Under the pieces are notes generated by a model. It had not been told where the DNA came from. It did no database searches and saw only the letters and a list, made by a program, of their open reading frames with translations. This document shows, piece after piece, positions 25,175 to 35,359 of a stretch of DNA of 36,184 nt (position 1 is the stretch's first letter; each line of letters starts with the position of its first letter). The translations under genes were made by a program, and so were the position numbers. This DNA comes from a virus (taxonomy: Duplodnaviria; Caudoviricetes), in IMG/VR virus record IMGVR_UViG_3300032216_001883, positions 1 through 36,184 of that record; one strand, 5' to 3'.

Positions 25175-25882
25175 ATGGCAAGTGTAATTAATGGAACGAA
25201 CATAGTATTGTATTATTTTGATCCAACTACAAGTACTGGTGTTGCTTTTGGCGCAGCTACAAGTTGTTCGTTTACGGCTAGTGTATCTCAAAAAGAAGTT
25301 ACTTCTCAAACATCGGCATATTTTAAAGAATTTAAGAATGATGTTATAACCTGGACTGTTAATTGTGATGGGTTTGTAGCATTGACCAGCAATTATAATT
25401 ATGCTTATTTAACACAATTGGTTTTAAATGGGACACCAATTACTGTCAAATTTTCAATTAATAATGATAATGGCAATGGTACTCATACATTAGGATATAC
25501 AATCCTTACAGGGCAAGCCAATATAACATCTCTAACCCTAACAGGACCAGTTGAAGGATCATCTACTTATAGTGTGACATTACAAGGCACAGGAGGCTAT
25601 TCTATCGATGGGGTAGTAGTTACCCCAACAGGGTTATTAATTGGCAGCCAAGTGGTTAAAATGTACGATTACACGGCAACTGGAGGAGAAACCTATGTAA
25701 CTTGGGCAGGAGCTATAGGATTTACTTGTTTTGATGTAACTAGGGGCGGTATAGAAGTTCATAATATAATAACTTCTGGTACTCCAGGAGTAAATGATGT
25801 TAAATTTAATACAACAACTGGTACTTTAACATTTGGCTCTGCATTGGGTGTAGGGGAGTTTGTTAGGGCATTATTCAAATAA
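25175..25882 (+). CDS. Second tail-tube-fold protein with C-terminal extension
   Basis: N-terminal ~140 aa parallel the major tail protein (NGTN.V, CS, W....DG, G.A.I.SL..TG..E...T.S....GT). Confidence 0.7.
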   Translation: MASVINGTNIVLYYFDPTTSTGVAFGAATSCSFTASVSQKEVTSQTSAYFKEFKNDVITWTVNCDGFVALTSNYNYAYLTQLVLNGTPITVKFSINNDNGNGTHTLGYTILTGQANITSLTLTGPVEGSSTYSVTLQGTGGYSIDGVVVTPTGLLIGSQVVKMYDYTATGGETYVTWAGAIGFTCFDVTRGGIEVHNIITSGTPGVNDVKFNTTTGTLTFGSALGVGEFVRALFK

Positions 25883-25887
25883 TAACT

Positions 25888-28800
25888 ATGAGTCAATTAC
25901 AGGTAATAAATACAGCACAATTTAGTGCTTTATCAGGTTCAAGCAATGTTCTTGCTGGAGGGGATAATACTGGTTTATTAGGCAAGGTTACAATAGGATC
26001 AAACCTTACTTTAGTTAGTGGAGTATTATCTGCTATTGGTGGTGGTTCAGGTTCTGTAACTTCGGTAGGTTTAACTGCTCCATCAGCTTTTAACGTTTCA
26101 GGTTCTCCAATAACAACTTCAGGCACTTTAGCATTAACGGCAGCAGGGAATGCATCTCAATATATTCGAGGGGATGGTACTTTAGCAGATTTGCCAACTT
26201 CGGGTGGAGGCGGTTCTGCGGTATCTTATTATCTTAATGGTAGTGTAAGTCAAGGAACAATCGGTGGTGTAGTTTATAAGCAATTAAGTAAAGTACCAGT
26301 AATTGGAACAGGAACTAATTTTAGTGTATCTGCAAATGGTTTAATTGCTAGTTTTATTACAGATGCTGGTGATCCTAGTTTACTTTCTATACCAGGAGGT
26401 AATTGGAGTACAGCATTTTATTTTAGTTCAAGTTCAACAGGTGGTAATCCATCTTTTTATTCTGAAGTTTATAAATATGATGGTACTACATTTACTTTAT
26501 TAGGTACAAGTGTTGCAACTCCAGAAGTAATTACAAATGGTACATCTATAGATATTTATTATACAAATGTAGCTATTGCTAGTGCTTCTTTAACAGTAAC
26601 TGATAGAATAGCTATTAAAGTTTATGTAACTACATCAGGTAGAACAATTACTTTATATACAGAAAGCAATCATTTAAGTCAATTATCAACAACTTTTGCA
26701 ACAGGTTTAACTGCGTTGAACGGCTTGAGTGCTCAAGTACAATATTTTGCAACTGGTACAACTGGAAGTAATTTTAATATCTCTAGTACAGGCTCTACGC
26801 ATACCTTTAATATCCCTACGGCAAATAATGCAAATAGGGGGCTATTATTGGCTGCAGATTGGATTTCTTTTGATGCTAAACAAAACTCTTTAGGAACTGG
26901 AACAACTTCTCAATATTTAAGAGGAGATTTAACTTGGCAGACTCCTGTTTTTACGACTTCATTGAGTGCTTTAACTGATGTAAGTTTAACGGCTTTAAGC
27001 AATGGTCAATATTTAAGATACCAAGCAGGAAGTTGGATTAACGCTACACCTACTTGGGTAACATCTAATTTATATACTGCTGACGGAACTTTAACAAGCA
27101 ATAGAACAATATCTTCAGGTGGTTATACCTTAGGTATAGCCCCTAAAACAACTTTTAATGCTTCAATAACTGCGGCAAGCGCTTTGGCTCAAGGAAGTAT
27201 TTTTTCTCCTACTTTATTGGCAGCGGCTAATAATGATATTCTTGTAGGGGTAGATATTTCTCCAACATTTACTAATGGTTCTTTTACTGGAGTTTCAAAT
27301 ATAGCATTAAGGGTTGTTGGTTCTGTTAATGCAACTTCATTTATAAAAACGAGTGGTACTTCAAGTCAATTCTTAAAAGCCGATGGAAGCGTTGATTCAA
27401 GTGTTTATATAACTAGATCAGGGATAAGCGCTAGTTCTCCAATAGTATATAGCAGTACTACTGGAATTATTTCTATTCCTGTTGCTACGCTTACTGTTTC
27501 AGGGTATCTTAATAACTCAGATTGGGGGGCATTTAATGCTAAACAAAATAGTTTAGGTACAGGTACTACCAGTCAGTTTCTTAGAGGCGATTTAACTTGG
27601 CAAACAGTTCCATACCCTACTGCTTTAAGTCAATTAAGTGATGTAACTATTACAACTCCTGCTAATGGTCAGTTATTAAGATACACTGCTGGGGGATGGA
27701 TAAACTTTACCCCAACTTATGTGGCAGCAGGATTCTTTAGTGCAACTGCTCCTTTGACTTATAATTCAAGTACAGGTGTTTTTGCTATGGCTGCCGCTAC
27801 TACTACTGTAGATGGTTATTTAACCGCTGCAAATTTTACTACATTTAACGGAAAACAAGCTGCCTTAAATGGAACAGGTTTTATTAAAGCTACAGGTACT
27901 ACAATCAGTTATGATAACTCAACTTACTTAACAACAACTTCTGCGGCTTCAACTTATTTGCCATTAGCAGGTGGTACTTTAACAGGTGCATTGAGTGGAA
28001 CAAGTGCTACGTTTATTACAAATTCTAATAGTACAATTGTTAATTCATTTCAAAATACTAACACTACAAACACAAATAGTAGAAATATGCTTAATGTAAC
28101 TGCTGGAAATGTTACATTGCAATTTACAGCAATTCACGGAGATAATGTTTATATATCACCTTCAACTGCTGTAAGTACTTATTTAGGATATAATAATACA
28201 GTACAAATAGCCTCAACAGGAGCAGCTACATTTTCAGGTTTAATTACAGGTACTAATAGTATATATCAATCAAATGCTTCAGGTCAAATAGCATCAAATA
28301 ATTGGAGTGTTTATAACGGTGGAGCTACTGATATGAATTTTGCATATAATGCTAGTGGAACATTTACAGTTCAAAATGGTACAAATAGATTTCAAGTAGC
28401 TTCAACAGGGAATGTATTAATAGGATTTACAACAGATTCAGGTTACAAATTAGATGTTAATGGTACTGCAAGAATTGTAGGCACAACAAGTATAGTATTA
28501 ACTACTACTAATACATCTGCTTTAGCAGTCACTCAATATTCAATAACAGGAGCAAACGCACAATCTTTACTTGACCTTGCAGGTACTTGGAATACAACAG
28601 GGAACCCTACTGCAATAAAATTAAATATTACAAATACCGCTTCAGGTGCTAGTTCTAACTTGATGGATTTACAAGTTGGTGCAGTTTCTAAATTTAAAGT
28701 TGATAAAGCTGGTTTAGTTACAGGGGCTTCATTTTATGAATCATCAGATAAAAGACAAAAAACATTAATTGAAGATAACTTTCAAGCTAAAGGCATAGAA

Positions 28801-29022
28801 AATATAACTCCTAAACTTTACACTAAAAATGATAAAGTTGAGTTAGGATATTATGCTCAAGATGTACAAGGCATTTTAGATGGTGCAGTAAGTGAGGATG
28901 AAAAAGGTATGTTTAGTTTATCTTATCGTGAAGTGCATACTGCTAAAATATATGCTTTAGAATTAGAAATAAAAGAATTAAAAGAACTTATTAAATCTAT
29001 TATAGATGGCAATAGGAACTAA
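25888..29022 (+). CDS. Tail fibre/spike 1 with C-terminal intramolecular chaperone (peptidase S74-like)
   Basis: Gly/Ser/Thr-rich 1044 aa, SDKRQK..I...G..AQDV, terminal coiled coil. Confidence 0.8.
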   Translation: MSQLQVINTAQFSALSGSSNVLAGGDNTGLLGKVTIGSNLTLVSGVLSAIGGGSGSVTSVGLTAPSAFNVSGSPITTSGTLALTAAGNASQYIRGDGTLADLPTSGGGGSAVSYYLNGSVSQGTIGGVVYKQLSKVPVIGTGTNFSVSANGLIASFITDAGDPSLLSIPGGNWSTAFYFSSSSTGGNPSFYSEVYKYDGTTFTLLGTSVATPEVITNGTSIDIYYTNVAIASASLTVTDRIAIKVYVTTSGRTITLYTESNHLSQLSTTFATGLTALNGLSAQVQYFATGTTGSNFNISSTGSTHTFNIPTANNANRGLLLAADWISFDAKQNSLGTGTTSQYLRGDLTWQTPVFTTSLSALTDVSLTALSNGQYLRYQAGSWINATPTWVTSNLYTADGTLTSNRTISSGGYTLGIAPKTTFNASITAASALAQGSIFSPTLLAAANNDILVGVDISPTFTNGSFTGVSNIALRVVGSVNATSFIKTSGTSSQFLKADGSVDSSVYITRSGISASSPIVYSSTTGIISIPVATLTVSGYLNNSDWGAFNAKQNSLGTGTTSQFLRGDLTWQTVPYPTALSQLSDVTITTPANGQLLRYTAGGWINFTPTYVAAGFFSATAPLTYNSSTGVFAMAAATTTVDGYLTAANFTTFNGKQAALNGTGFIKATGTTISYDNSTYLTTTSAASTYLPLAGGTLTGALSGTSATFITNSNSTIVNSFQNTNTTNTNSRNMLNVTAGNVTLQFTAIHGDNVYISPSTAVSTYLGYNNTVQIASTGAATFSGLITGTNSIYQSNASGQIASNNWSVYNGGATDMNFAYNASGTFTVQNGTNRFQVASTGNVLIGFTTDSGYKLDVNGTARIVGTTSIVLTTTNTSALAVTQYSITGANAQSLLDLAGTWNTTGNPTAIKLNITNTASGASSNLMDLQVGAVSKFKVDKAGLVTGASFYESSDKRQKTLIEDNFQAKGIENITPKLYTKNDKVELGYYAQDVQGILDGAVSEDEKGMFSLSYREVHTAKIYALELEIKELKELIKSIIDGNRN

Positions 29023-29554
29023 TTACCTTGTTACTTATGACCAAGTAAAAAATTCATTATATATCCCTATAAATGCAGCATATTCAGGTGATATTACAAA
29101 AATAATGACCAAACAAGACCTTATAACTTATTTTTATGTTGATTCATCTTATCTTACTGGGTATAGTTCTTTGCAATGCGTAATGTATCAAGATATACAT
29201 ATACAACCTGCTGTAACAGTTACTATTAATGCTCAAAAGATTTTAGGAACTGGAACATTCTATTTATATTATGGTATTCAAGATACTACTTTAGTATCTC
29301 CTATAAATTTAGCGGCAATACCAAGACCAGGTGCAACAATAGGCACTATTTCGGTTAATCCAGGTCAAACTTTAACTTTGACTACTTCTGATGTAAGTGG
29401 TCCACATGGAACTAATGGCTCAAAACCTACAACGGCTCAAACTGGAAGTTACCCTGCATCTGCGGCAAGTTGTACAGGCTATGTTACTTTTACAATAACT
29501 GCGGCTACAACTTATTATGTCACTTGTAATAACGGATATGTAGGATGGTGTTAG
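29006..29554 (+). CDS. Tail-associated hypothetical protein
   Basis: Thr/Tyr-rich 182 aa, overlapping the fibre gene. Confidence 0.6.
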   Translation: MAIGTNYLVTYDQVKNSLYIPINAAYSGDITKIMTKQDLITYFYVDSSYLTGYSSLQCVMYQDIHIQPAVTVTINAQKILGTGTFYLYYGIQDTTLVSPINLAAIPRPGATIGTISVNPGQTLTLTTSDVSGPHGTNGSKPTTAQTGSYPASAASCTGYVTFTITAATTYYVTCNNGYVGWC

Positions 29555-29564
29555 GAATAATTAG

Positions 29565-29578
29565 TAAATTTGTAAAAA
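29565..29578 (+). promoter_or_regulatory. TAnnTTTGTAAAAA promoter motif
   Basis: TAAATTTGTAAAAA in an intergenic gap. Confidence 0.65.
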
Positions 29579-29587
29579 ATATAAATA

Positions 29588-29953
29588 ATGGCTTCTTACG
29601 CTAATGCCGACTTTAAACCTGCACAATATAACATCCAAATGTGGAAAAATGACACTTGGAACAATACTTTCACTTTATTAAAAGATACAACTCCTATAGA
29701 TTTAACAGGTTCTGTTGTGGAAATTCAAATAAGGAAACAAGCAAATTCTTCAGATGCTTTGGCCACATTAACAATAGGTAATGGTATAACTGTCTCAGGA
29801 ACAAATCATAACATAATAACTGTAGCTTATAATGTTAATATTGATGCTGGTTCCTATGTTTACGACATGGCTATTGAGTTTTCAGATGGTACTGAAAAAA
29901 CATATATATGGGGTATTTTTATAATATATGAAGACGTAACTAAAATAAATTAA
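29588..29953 (+). CDS. BppU-N-like Ig-fold fibre adaptor
   Basis: PIDLTG......IR...G.YVYD.......G...T...G. Confidence 0.6.
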   Translation: MASYANADFKPAQYNIQMWKNDTWNNTFTLLKDTTPIDLTGSVVEIQIRKQANSSDALATLTIGNGITVSGTNHNIITVAYNVNIDAGSYVYDMAIEFSDGTEKTYIWGIFIIYEDVTKIN

Positions 29954-29958
29954 CTAGA

Positions 29959-32900
29959 ATGATAAATTTAACAGTTGTTGAGGATAATGTAACGATAACC
30001 GTTAGTGAAGTAGGGCCTACTGGTCCTGCTGGTCAAGGGGTTCCAACAGGTGGAACTACAGGTCAAGTTTTGACTAAACTAAGTGGCACAAACTATGCAA
30101 CAACATGGGCTAATAATGGTACTGGAACTGTTACAAGCGTAGGTATTACTGAATCAGTTGCTGCTTTAAATATTACAGGAAGTCCTGTTACTTCAAGTGG
30201 TAATATTAATATTGGCTTTGCTGGTACTTCTGTTCAATATGTGGCAGGAGATGGTTCTTTAATAACTTTTCCTACTACTTTTGATGAATCTAAAAGACTT
30301 GTCACTCAAGTAAGTAATAGAAGTGGTAATACTATGACTAAAGGCACTATTGTTTATATAAATGGTGCTCAAGGCAATTTGCCAACCATTGCTAAATCAC
30401 TTGCCACAAGCGATGCAACTTCTGCCCAAACTCTTGGTTTTTTACAAGCTGATATTGCAAATAACGCTTCTGGTTATGTAGTTATAAGTGGTAAATTAGA
30501 GAATTTAGATACAAGTACGATTGTAGAAGGCACGCAATTATATCTTAGTTCTACAATAGCAGGATCATATACTACAACTAAACAATACGCACCTGCGCAT
30601 TTAGTTTATGTAGGTGTAGTTACTAGGGCTCACCCAACTTTTGGAGTTATTGAAGTAAAAGTGCAAAATGGATACGAATTAGATGAAATTCATGATGTAT
30701 CAGCAAGAACACCTTCTAATAATGATGGTATATTTTTTAATACTTCTACTCAATTATGGGAAAATAAATCAATTAATACAGTTTTAGGTGTTACGCCAAT
30801 AGGGTTAACAAGTTTAAGCGGTCTTGGCCCAGTAAGCTATAACAATACGAATGGTCAAATTAGTATGGCAGCTTCAAATGGTACTGTTCCAGGTTATTTA
30901 ACCACTACAGATTTTAATACATTTAATAATAAAATAAGCAATACTAGAAGTATTCTTACTTCCGCACCTTTAAGTGGTGGAGGTAACTTAACCACCGATA
31001 GAACAATAAGTATATATAAATCAGATACAAGCACAGATGGCTATTTAGCATCTACTGATTTTACAAATTTTAATAATAAAGTTAGCTCAAGCAGACAAAT
31101 TAATACAACTGCTCCATTAAATGGAGGAGGAGATTTAAGTAATGATTTAACTATTAGTATACCGAAAGCGAGTACTTTAAATGATGGATATATTAGTTCA
31201 ATAGATTATGTAGATTTAAAAAACAGCATTAAACAATTAGGTAATCAAACTATTGGATATTATGCTTTATATAGTGGTACAAATCAAATTGGCAATAGTT
31301 CAGTTTACGAAAGTGATGGTACGCTTTATTTACCAGCTTCAGTTAATCAATTAGGCTTAGGCAATAGTAAAGCTGTAGTAACTGACGGAAATGGTAATAC
31401 TGTTTCTGCAACAATAGGAACAGGTTTATCATTAATAGGTGGTATTTTGACTGCAACAGGAACAGGTACAGGTTCTATTGGTGGCACAGGTACAATCAAC
31501 TATGTCCCTAAATTTAGTGCTACATCTTCAATAGGGAATTCTAATATACAAGATAGTGGTTCTTTGATTACTTTAGGTTCTAATACAACTATTTCAAGTG
31601 GTTCTTTAGGTATTGGTACATCAACATTGACAGCATATAATTTAAGAATTACATCACCATTAACAGGTGGTACTGCAGCTTTTGGTGTCAATATTTCAGG
31701 ACAAATACAATCAGATGTAACTTCAACTGCAAGAATATTTGGCACACAACCATCTACTATTGCATCAGCTTTTACATTAGGTTCTTTACAACATTTTACT
31801 GCAGGTACTACAACAATAGGTGCAAGTTCATCAATTACTAATCAATATGGATTTTTAGTTTTAGCTACTGCAATAGGTGCTACAAATAACTATGCTTTTT
31901 CAGGTCAATTAGCTGCTGCTACAAATACTTGGAATTTATATAATTCAGGTACTGCTAACAACTATATGGCAGGTTCATTAGGAATTGGTTCATCTAGTTT
32001 AGCAAATGTATCATTAAGAATTAGTAAAGGATTAACAGGTAGTACTTCTTCTATTAGTATTTTTAATGATGGAGCTATACAATCAGATTCAACAACTCAA
32101 GCTACATATTTTGCATCATCTGTTTCAACTACTGCAGCTTCTTTTACATTAGCTGATTTAATACACTATAGTGCTTCACAAAGTACAATTGGAGCAGGTT
32201 CAGCAGTAACAAATCAATATGGATATAGTGTTGCAGCTAACTTAATTGGTGCAACTAATAATTATGCTTTTAGAGGATTAATACCAAGTGGTACAGGTCG
32301 TTGGAATTTATATATGGCAGGTACTGCTGATAACTATTTAGCAGGGAATTTAGGTTTAGGATTAAATGCAAGTCCAAGTGCAGGTCCAATTACTTCTATT
32401 ACATTAACTAATGGTGGAAGTGGTTATGTAGATGGAACTTATACAAATGTAACTTTTTCTGCATCATTTCAATCATTATATGCTCAAGCAACTTTTGTTG
32501 TAAGTGGCGGAATAGTAACTTCTGCAACATTGGTTCATAGTGGTTCAAATTATTATGTAGGTCAAACTTTAACTACTGCAAATACTAACTTAGGTGGTAC
32601 AGGTAGTGGACTTGTGGTAACAGTTGCAACAGTAGATTCATCTGTATTTAGGATTCAATCTACATCAAGTTCTGATATAAGTTTGTTTAAATATAATATA
32701 AACTCATCTGCAGGTGATTCATTAGGTTCTATTAAATGGGAAGGTAATGATTCAAGTGCAGGTACATCAGGAATACAAGCAAAAATAGGAGCATATAGTG
32801 TAGGTACATTACTAGGTGGTTATTTATCATTTTTTACTAAGTCAAGTGCTACTTTTACTTCTTTAGTAGAAGCAATGAGAATAGGTGATAATGGTGCAGT

Positions 32901-33843
32901 TGGTATTGGTGCAACTACTTTGACAGGATATAGTTTAAGGATATCTAAGAATATAACAGGAGCAACAACTGCTTATGCTATAAGACAAGATGGTTCAGTT
33001 CAAAGCGATGTAACAGTAAGCGCTTCAAATTTTGCATCTTTCACAAATACTGCTGCTGCTTCTTTTACACTTGGTGCATATACTCACTTTTCTGCTCAAC
33101 AAGGAACAATAGGAGCAGGTTCAAGTATTACAACTCAATATGGTTTTTTAGTAACTTCTAACTTAATAGGTGCTACTAATAACTATGCTTTCTTTGGTAA
33201 TATTCCTGCTCAAACAAATGCTTGGAATATCTATATGAGTGGTACTGCTAACAACTATATGGCAGGTGCATTAGGAATTGGTACAAACACTTTAACAGGA
33301 TATTCTTTAAGAGTAAATAAAAATCCTACTGGTGCGACAGTTGCATATGGTATTAGTATGGAAGGAACAATTCAGTCAGATGTTACAAGTGCCTTTGCTG
33401 GTTATAGAACTCTAATAGCAACATTAAATTCTGCATTTACTTTAAGTGGATTAATACATTTTGATGCCTATCAAGGTACAATAGGTGCAGGTTCAAGTAT
33501 TACAACTCAATATGGTTTTGTTGCAGAATCTAATATGATTGGAGCAACTAACAACTACGGATTCTACGGAGCAATACCAAGCGGCACTAACAGATGGAAT
33601 ATTTATATGGGTGGTACTGCTGCTAACTATATGGCAGGTCAAGTTGCAATAGGTACTACAACATTAGTTGCAACTGCTGCTTTAAATGTAAGTTCAACAA
33701 CTCAAGGTTTTTTACCACCTGTAATGACTACAACACAAAAGAATGCAATTGCTTCTCCCGCAACAGGTTTAATAGTATTTGATTCAACATTAGGTAAACT
33801 ATGTGTATTTAGTACAACTTGGCAAACAATAACTTCAATATAA
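29959..33843 (+). CDS. Tail fibre/adhesin 2 (1294 aa) with four ~125-aa internal repeats
   Basis: Short collagen-like GPTGPAG, repeated IQSD..IGATNNYAF..WN.Y..GTANNY.AG units, C-terminal TTQGFLPPVMTTTQKNAI. Confidence 0.8.
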   Translation: MINLTVVEDNVTITVSEVGPTGPAGQGVPTGGTTGQVLTKLSGTNYATTWANNGTGTVTSVGITESVAALNITGSPVTSSGNINIGFAGTSVQYVAGDGSLITFPTTFDESKRLVTQVSNRSGNTMTKGTIVYINGAQGNLPTIAKSLATSDATSAQTLGFLQADIANNASGYVVISGKLENLDTSTIVEGTQLYLSSTIAGSYTTTKQYAPAHLVYVGVVTRAHPTFGVIEVKVQNGYELDEIHDVSARTPSNNDGIFFNTSTQLWENKSINTVLGVTPIGLTSLSGLGPVSYNNTNGQISMAASNGTVPGYLTTTDFNTFNNKISNTRSILTSAPLSGGGNLTTDRTISIYKSDTSTDGYLASTDFTNFNNKVSSSRQINTTAPLNGGGDLSNDLTISIPKASTLNDGYISSIDYVDLKNSIKQLGNQTIGYYALYSGTNQIGNSSVYESDGTLYLPASVNQLGLGNSKAVVTDGNGNTVSATIGTGLSLIGGILTATGTGTGSIGGTGTINYVPKFSATSSIGNSNIQDSGSLITLGSNTTISSGSLGIGTSTLTAYNLRITSPLTGGTAAFGVNISGQIQSDVTSTARIFGTQPSTIASAFTLGSLQHFTAGTTTIGASSSITNQYGFLVLATAIGATNNYAFSGQLAAATNTWNLYNSGTANNYMAGSLGIGSSSLANVSLRISKGLTGSTSSISIFNDGAIQSDSTTQATYFASSVSTTAASFTLADLIHYSASQSTIGAGSAVTNQYGYSVAANLIGATNNYAFRGLIPSGTGRWNLYMAGTADNYLAGNLGLGLNASPSAGPITSITLTNGGSGYVDGTYTNVTFSASFQSLYAQATFVVSGGIVTSATLVHSGSNYYVGQTLTTANTNLGGTGSGLVVTVATVDSSVFRIQSTSSSDISLFKYNINSSAGDSLGSIKWEGNDSSAGTSGIQAKIGAYSVGTLLGGYLSFFTKSSATFTSLVEAMRIGDNGAVGIGATTLTGYSLRISKNITGATTAYAIRQDGSVQSDVTVSASNFASFTNTAAASFTLGAYTHFSAQQGTIGAGSSITTQYGFLVTSNLIGATNNYAFFGNIPAQTNAWNIYMSGTANNYMAGALGIGTNTLTGYSLRVNKNPTGATVAYGISMEGTIQSDVTSAFAGYRTLIATLNSAFTLSGLIHFDAYQGTIGAGSSITTQYGFVAESNMIGATNNYGFYGAIPSGTNRWNIYMGGTAANYMAGQVAIGTTTLVATAALNVSSTTQGFLPPVMTTTQKNAIASPATGLIVFDSTLGKLCVFSTTWQTITSI

Positions 33844-33848
33844 ATAAT

Positions 33849-34163
33849 ATGGCAAATTTTCAATGGGTAATCCCACAAGATGCAATGATAACTGCTAAGT
33901 CAATAGATGGCTTATCAGATGTAGTAGTAACTATAAATGCTTACAGAGAAATTAATGATGGTACAACATCTACACAAATCCCTGTATGCATAGGCTTAAA
34001 TCCACCAGTAGAAGGATTTATTCCTTATTCAGAACTTACGCAAGAAATAGTAGAAAGTTGGTTATATGAAGGAACTAATTACGAGGCAATAGATGCTGAA
34101 TTAACTATTCAATTAGATAATATAATCAATCCTAAAGTTCAAGTTTTACCTAATCCATTCTAA
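33849..34163 (+). CDS. Fibre-associated small protein
   Basis: FIPYSELTQEIVESW motif. ATG at 33849 follows the fibre stop. Confidence 0.65.
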   Translation: MANFQWVIPQDAMITAKSIDGLSDVVVTINAYREINDGTTSTQIPVCIGLNPPVEGFIPYSELTQEIVESWLYEGTNYEAIDAELTIQLDNIINPKVQVLPNPF

Positions 34164-34202
34164 TTTGGTAAATCAATTAAACAAATCTTATATTTGTAAA
34201 AA
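34164..34202 (+). promoter_or_regulatory. Full Bacteroidota -33/-7 promoter for the lysis cassette
   Basis: TTTG (34164-34167), 21-nt spacer, TATATTTG (34189-34196), then TAAAAA. Confidence 0.72.
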
Positions 34203-34211
34203 ATCAATATT

Positions 34212-34364
34212 ATGATTCAGTTATCAGAAGAAAATTTAAAAGCATTAGAAGCTTATTTAATTGAAGTTCCATTTAAGTACTCTAATCCCATTATTCAGTT
34301 ATTAGCTAAATTGTCACAAGAGCAGAATCCACAAGTTCCTGAGGCCGAAGTTGTAGAAGGATAA
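34212..34364 (+). CDS. 50-aa hypothetical protein (MIQLSEENLKALEAYLIEVPFKYSNPIIQLL...), not in ORF track
   Basis: Translated by hand. TAATG coupling to the next gene. Confidence 0.65.
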   Translation: MIQLSEENLKALEAYLIEVPFKYSNPIIQLLAKLSQEQNPQVPEAEVVEG

Positions 34365-34957
34365 TGAGTTTCATTAAAAACAACATCTTGTTTATAGCCG
34401 TAATGCTCCTTGTGTTATGGCTATATTTTTTAGTTAAACCCAAGACTGAAGACAAGGTTGATTTTAGCGGTATTAAGTACAACAAAGTACTAACGCTTCA
34501 CGATACTACGTACAAAAAAGTCTATATCAGTACGTACAAAAAAGGAAAAGATATACCATTCTATACCATTGATTCAGTACAGATTCCTGTACACGATACT
34601 TTATACGTATTATCCGATTATATGCGTATATATGCGTATTCTGATACGATTAGAAAAGATAGTAATATCTTTGTAGTGAATGATACTATCAGTCAAAATA
34701 GGATTATTTCTAGGGGCTTCAATGCCAAATTAACCGAAAAAACCATAATTTTAAAAGAGTACTACGCTAATAAACCGACTAATACCCTTTATTTGGGCAT
34801 TAGAGGCTCATACAGCCAACTTAATGGATTAGAAGTACTAAGTCCTTCTTTAATGTTAAGTGTCAAAAATAAGGCTATAATAGGCATTAGCGTAGATATA
34901 AATAAAAATTATAATATTGGGTACTCTGGTGGTATCTACTTTAAAATAGGAAAATAA
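34364..34957 (+). CDS. Membrane-anchored lysis accessory, spanin candidate
   Basis: N-terminal TM, HDT/DT repeats, amphipathic C-terminal beta strands, position in the lysis cassette. Confidence 0.5.
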   Translation: MSFIKNNILFIAVMLLVLWLYFLVKPKTEDKVDFSGIKYNKVLTLHDTTYKKVYISTYKKGKDIPFYTIDSVQIPVHDTLYVLSDYMRIYAYSDTIRKDSNIFVVNDTISQNRIISRGFNAKLTEKTIILKEYYANKPTNTLYLGIRGSYSQLNGLEVLSPSLMLSVKNKAIIGISVDINKNYNIGYSGGIYFKIGK

Positions 34958-35172
34958 TGAATTTCTTTAGAAAAATGGTATCAGAAGACAAAGAGGTTTC
35001 TTCTAAAAGAGTAGCAGGAATCTTTGCCTTGGTAAATGGGGTAGTTTTAGCTTACCTATCTATTAAATACGATATTAAAGAGTGGTCATTTAATGGCTTA
35101 CTTACCTTCTCAGGTATTTCACTTGGCTTAACAACAATTAATCAAATCTTTGAAAAAAAGCCTAATGCATAG
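34957..35172 (+). CDS. Holin-like two-TM protein
   Basis: SSKRV followed by two hydrophobic segments. Confidence 0.6.
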   Translation: MNFFRKMVSEDKEVSSKRVAGIFALVNGVVLAYLSIKYDIKEWSFNGLLTFSGISLGLTTINQIFEKKPNA

Positions 35173-35359
35173 TATCACAGATTCTACTGAAATTTCTTCA
35201 GTTGGTATAGCTTCTACCGCTATCTCTTGGCTATCCTTTATGGAAGTTGTAAAGGTTAGTCCTTATACTCAGCTTATCGTTAACATTTTGTCCATTATAT
35301 GGTTGTCATTACAAATATATAACTTCGTTAAAACGAAGATTATAAAAAGTAAAAAATGA
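35165..35359 (+). CDS. Holin/antiholin-like membrane protein
   Basis: Hydrophobic with a basic C-terminus, ATGA overlap with the endolysin gene. Likely ATG at 35165. Confidence 0.55.
   Translation: MHSITDSTEISSVGIASTAISWLSFMEVVKVSPYTQLIVNILSIIWLSLQIYNFVKTKIIKSKK

Noticed and set aside
1260-31745. Shadow ORFs (1260-1442, 1852-2043, 4751-4993, 5533-5751, 5540-5767, 6666-6857, 11262-11483, 16637-16987, 21501-21707, 25893-26126, 31500-31745), and likewise 35340-35558
   Set aside because: Nested in or antisense to well-supported genes, with no recognisable motifs.
31600-33640. Possible diversity-generating retroelement TR/VR pair
   Set aside because: No reverse transcriptase. The repeats are in-frame protein repeats and I saw no adenine-specific differences.
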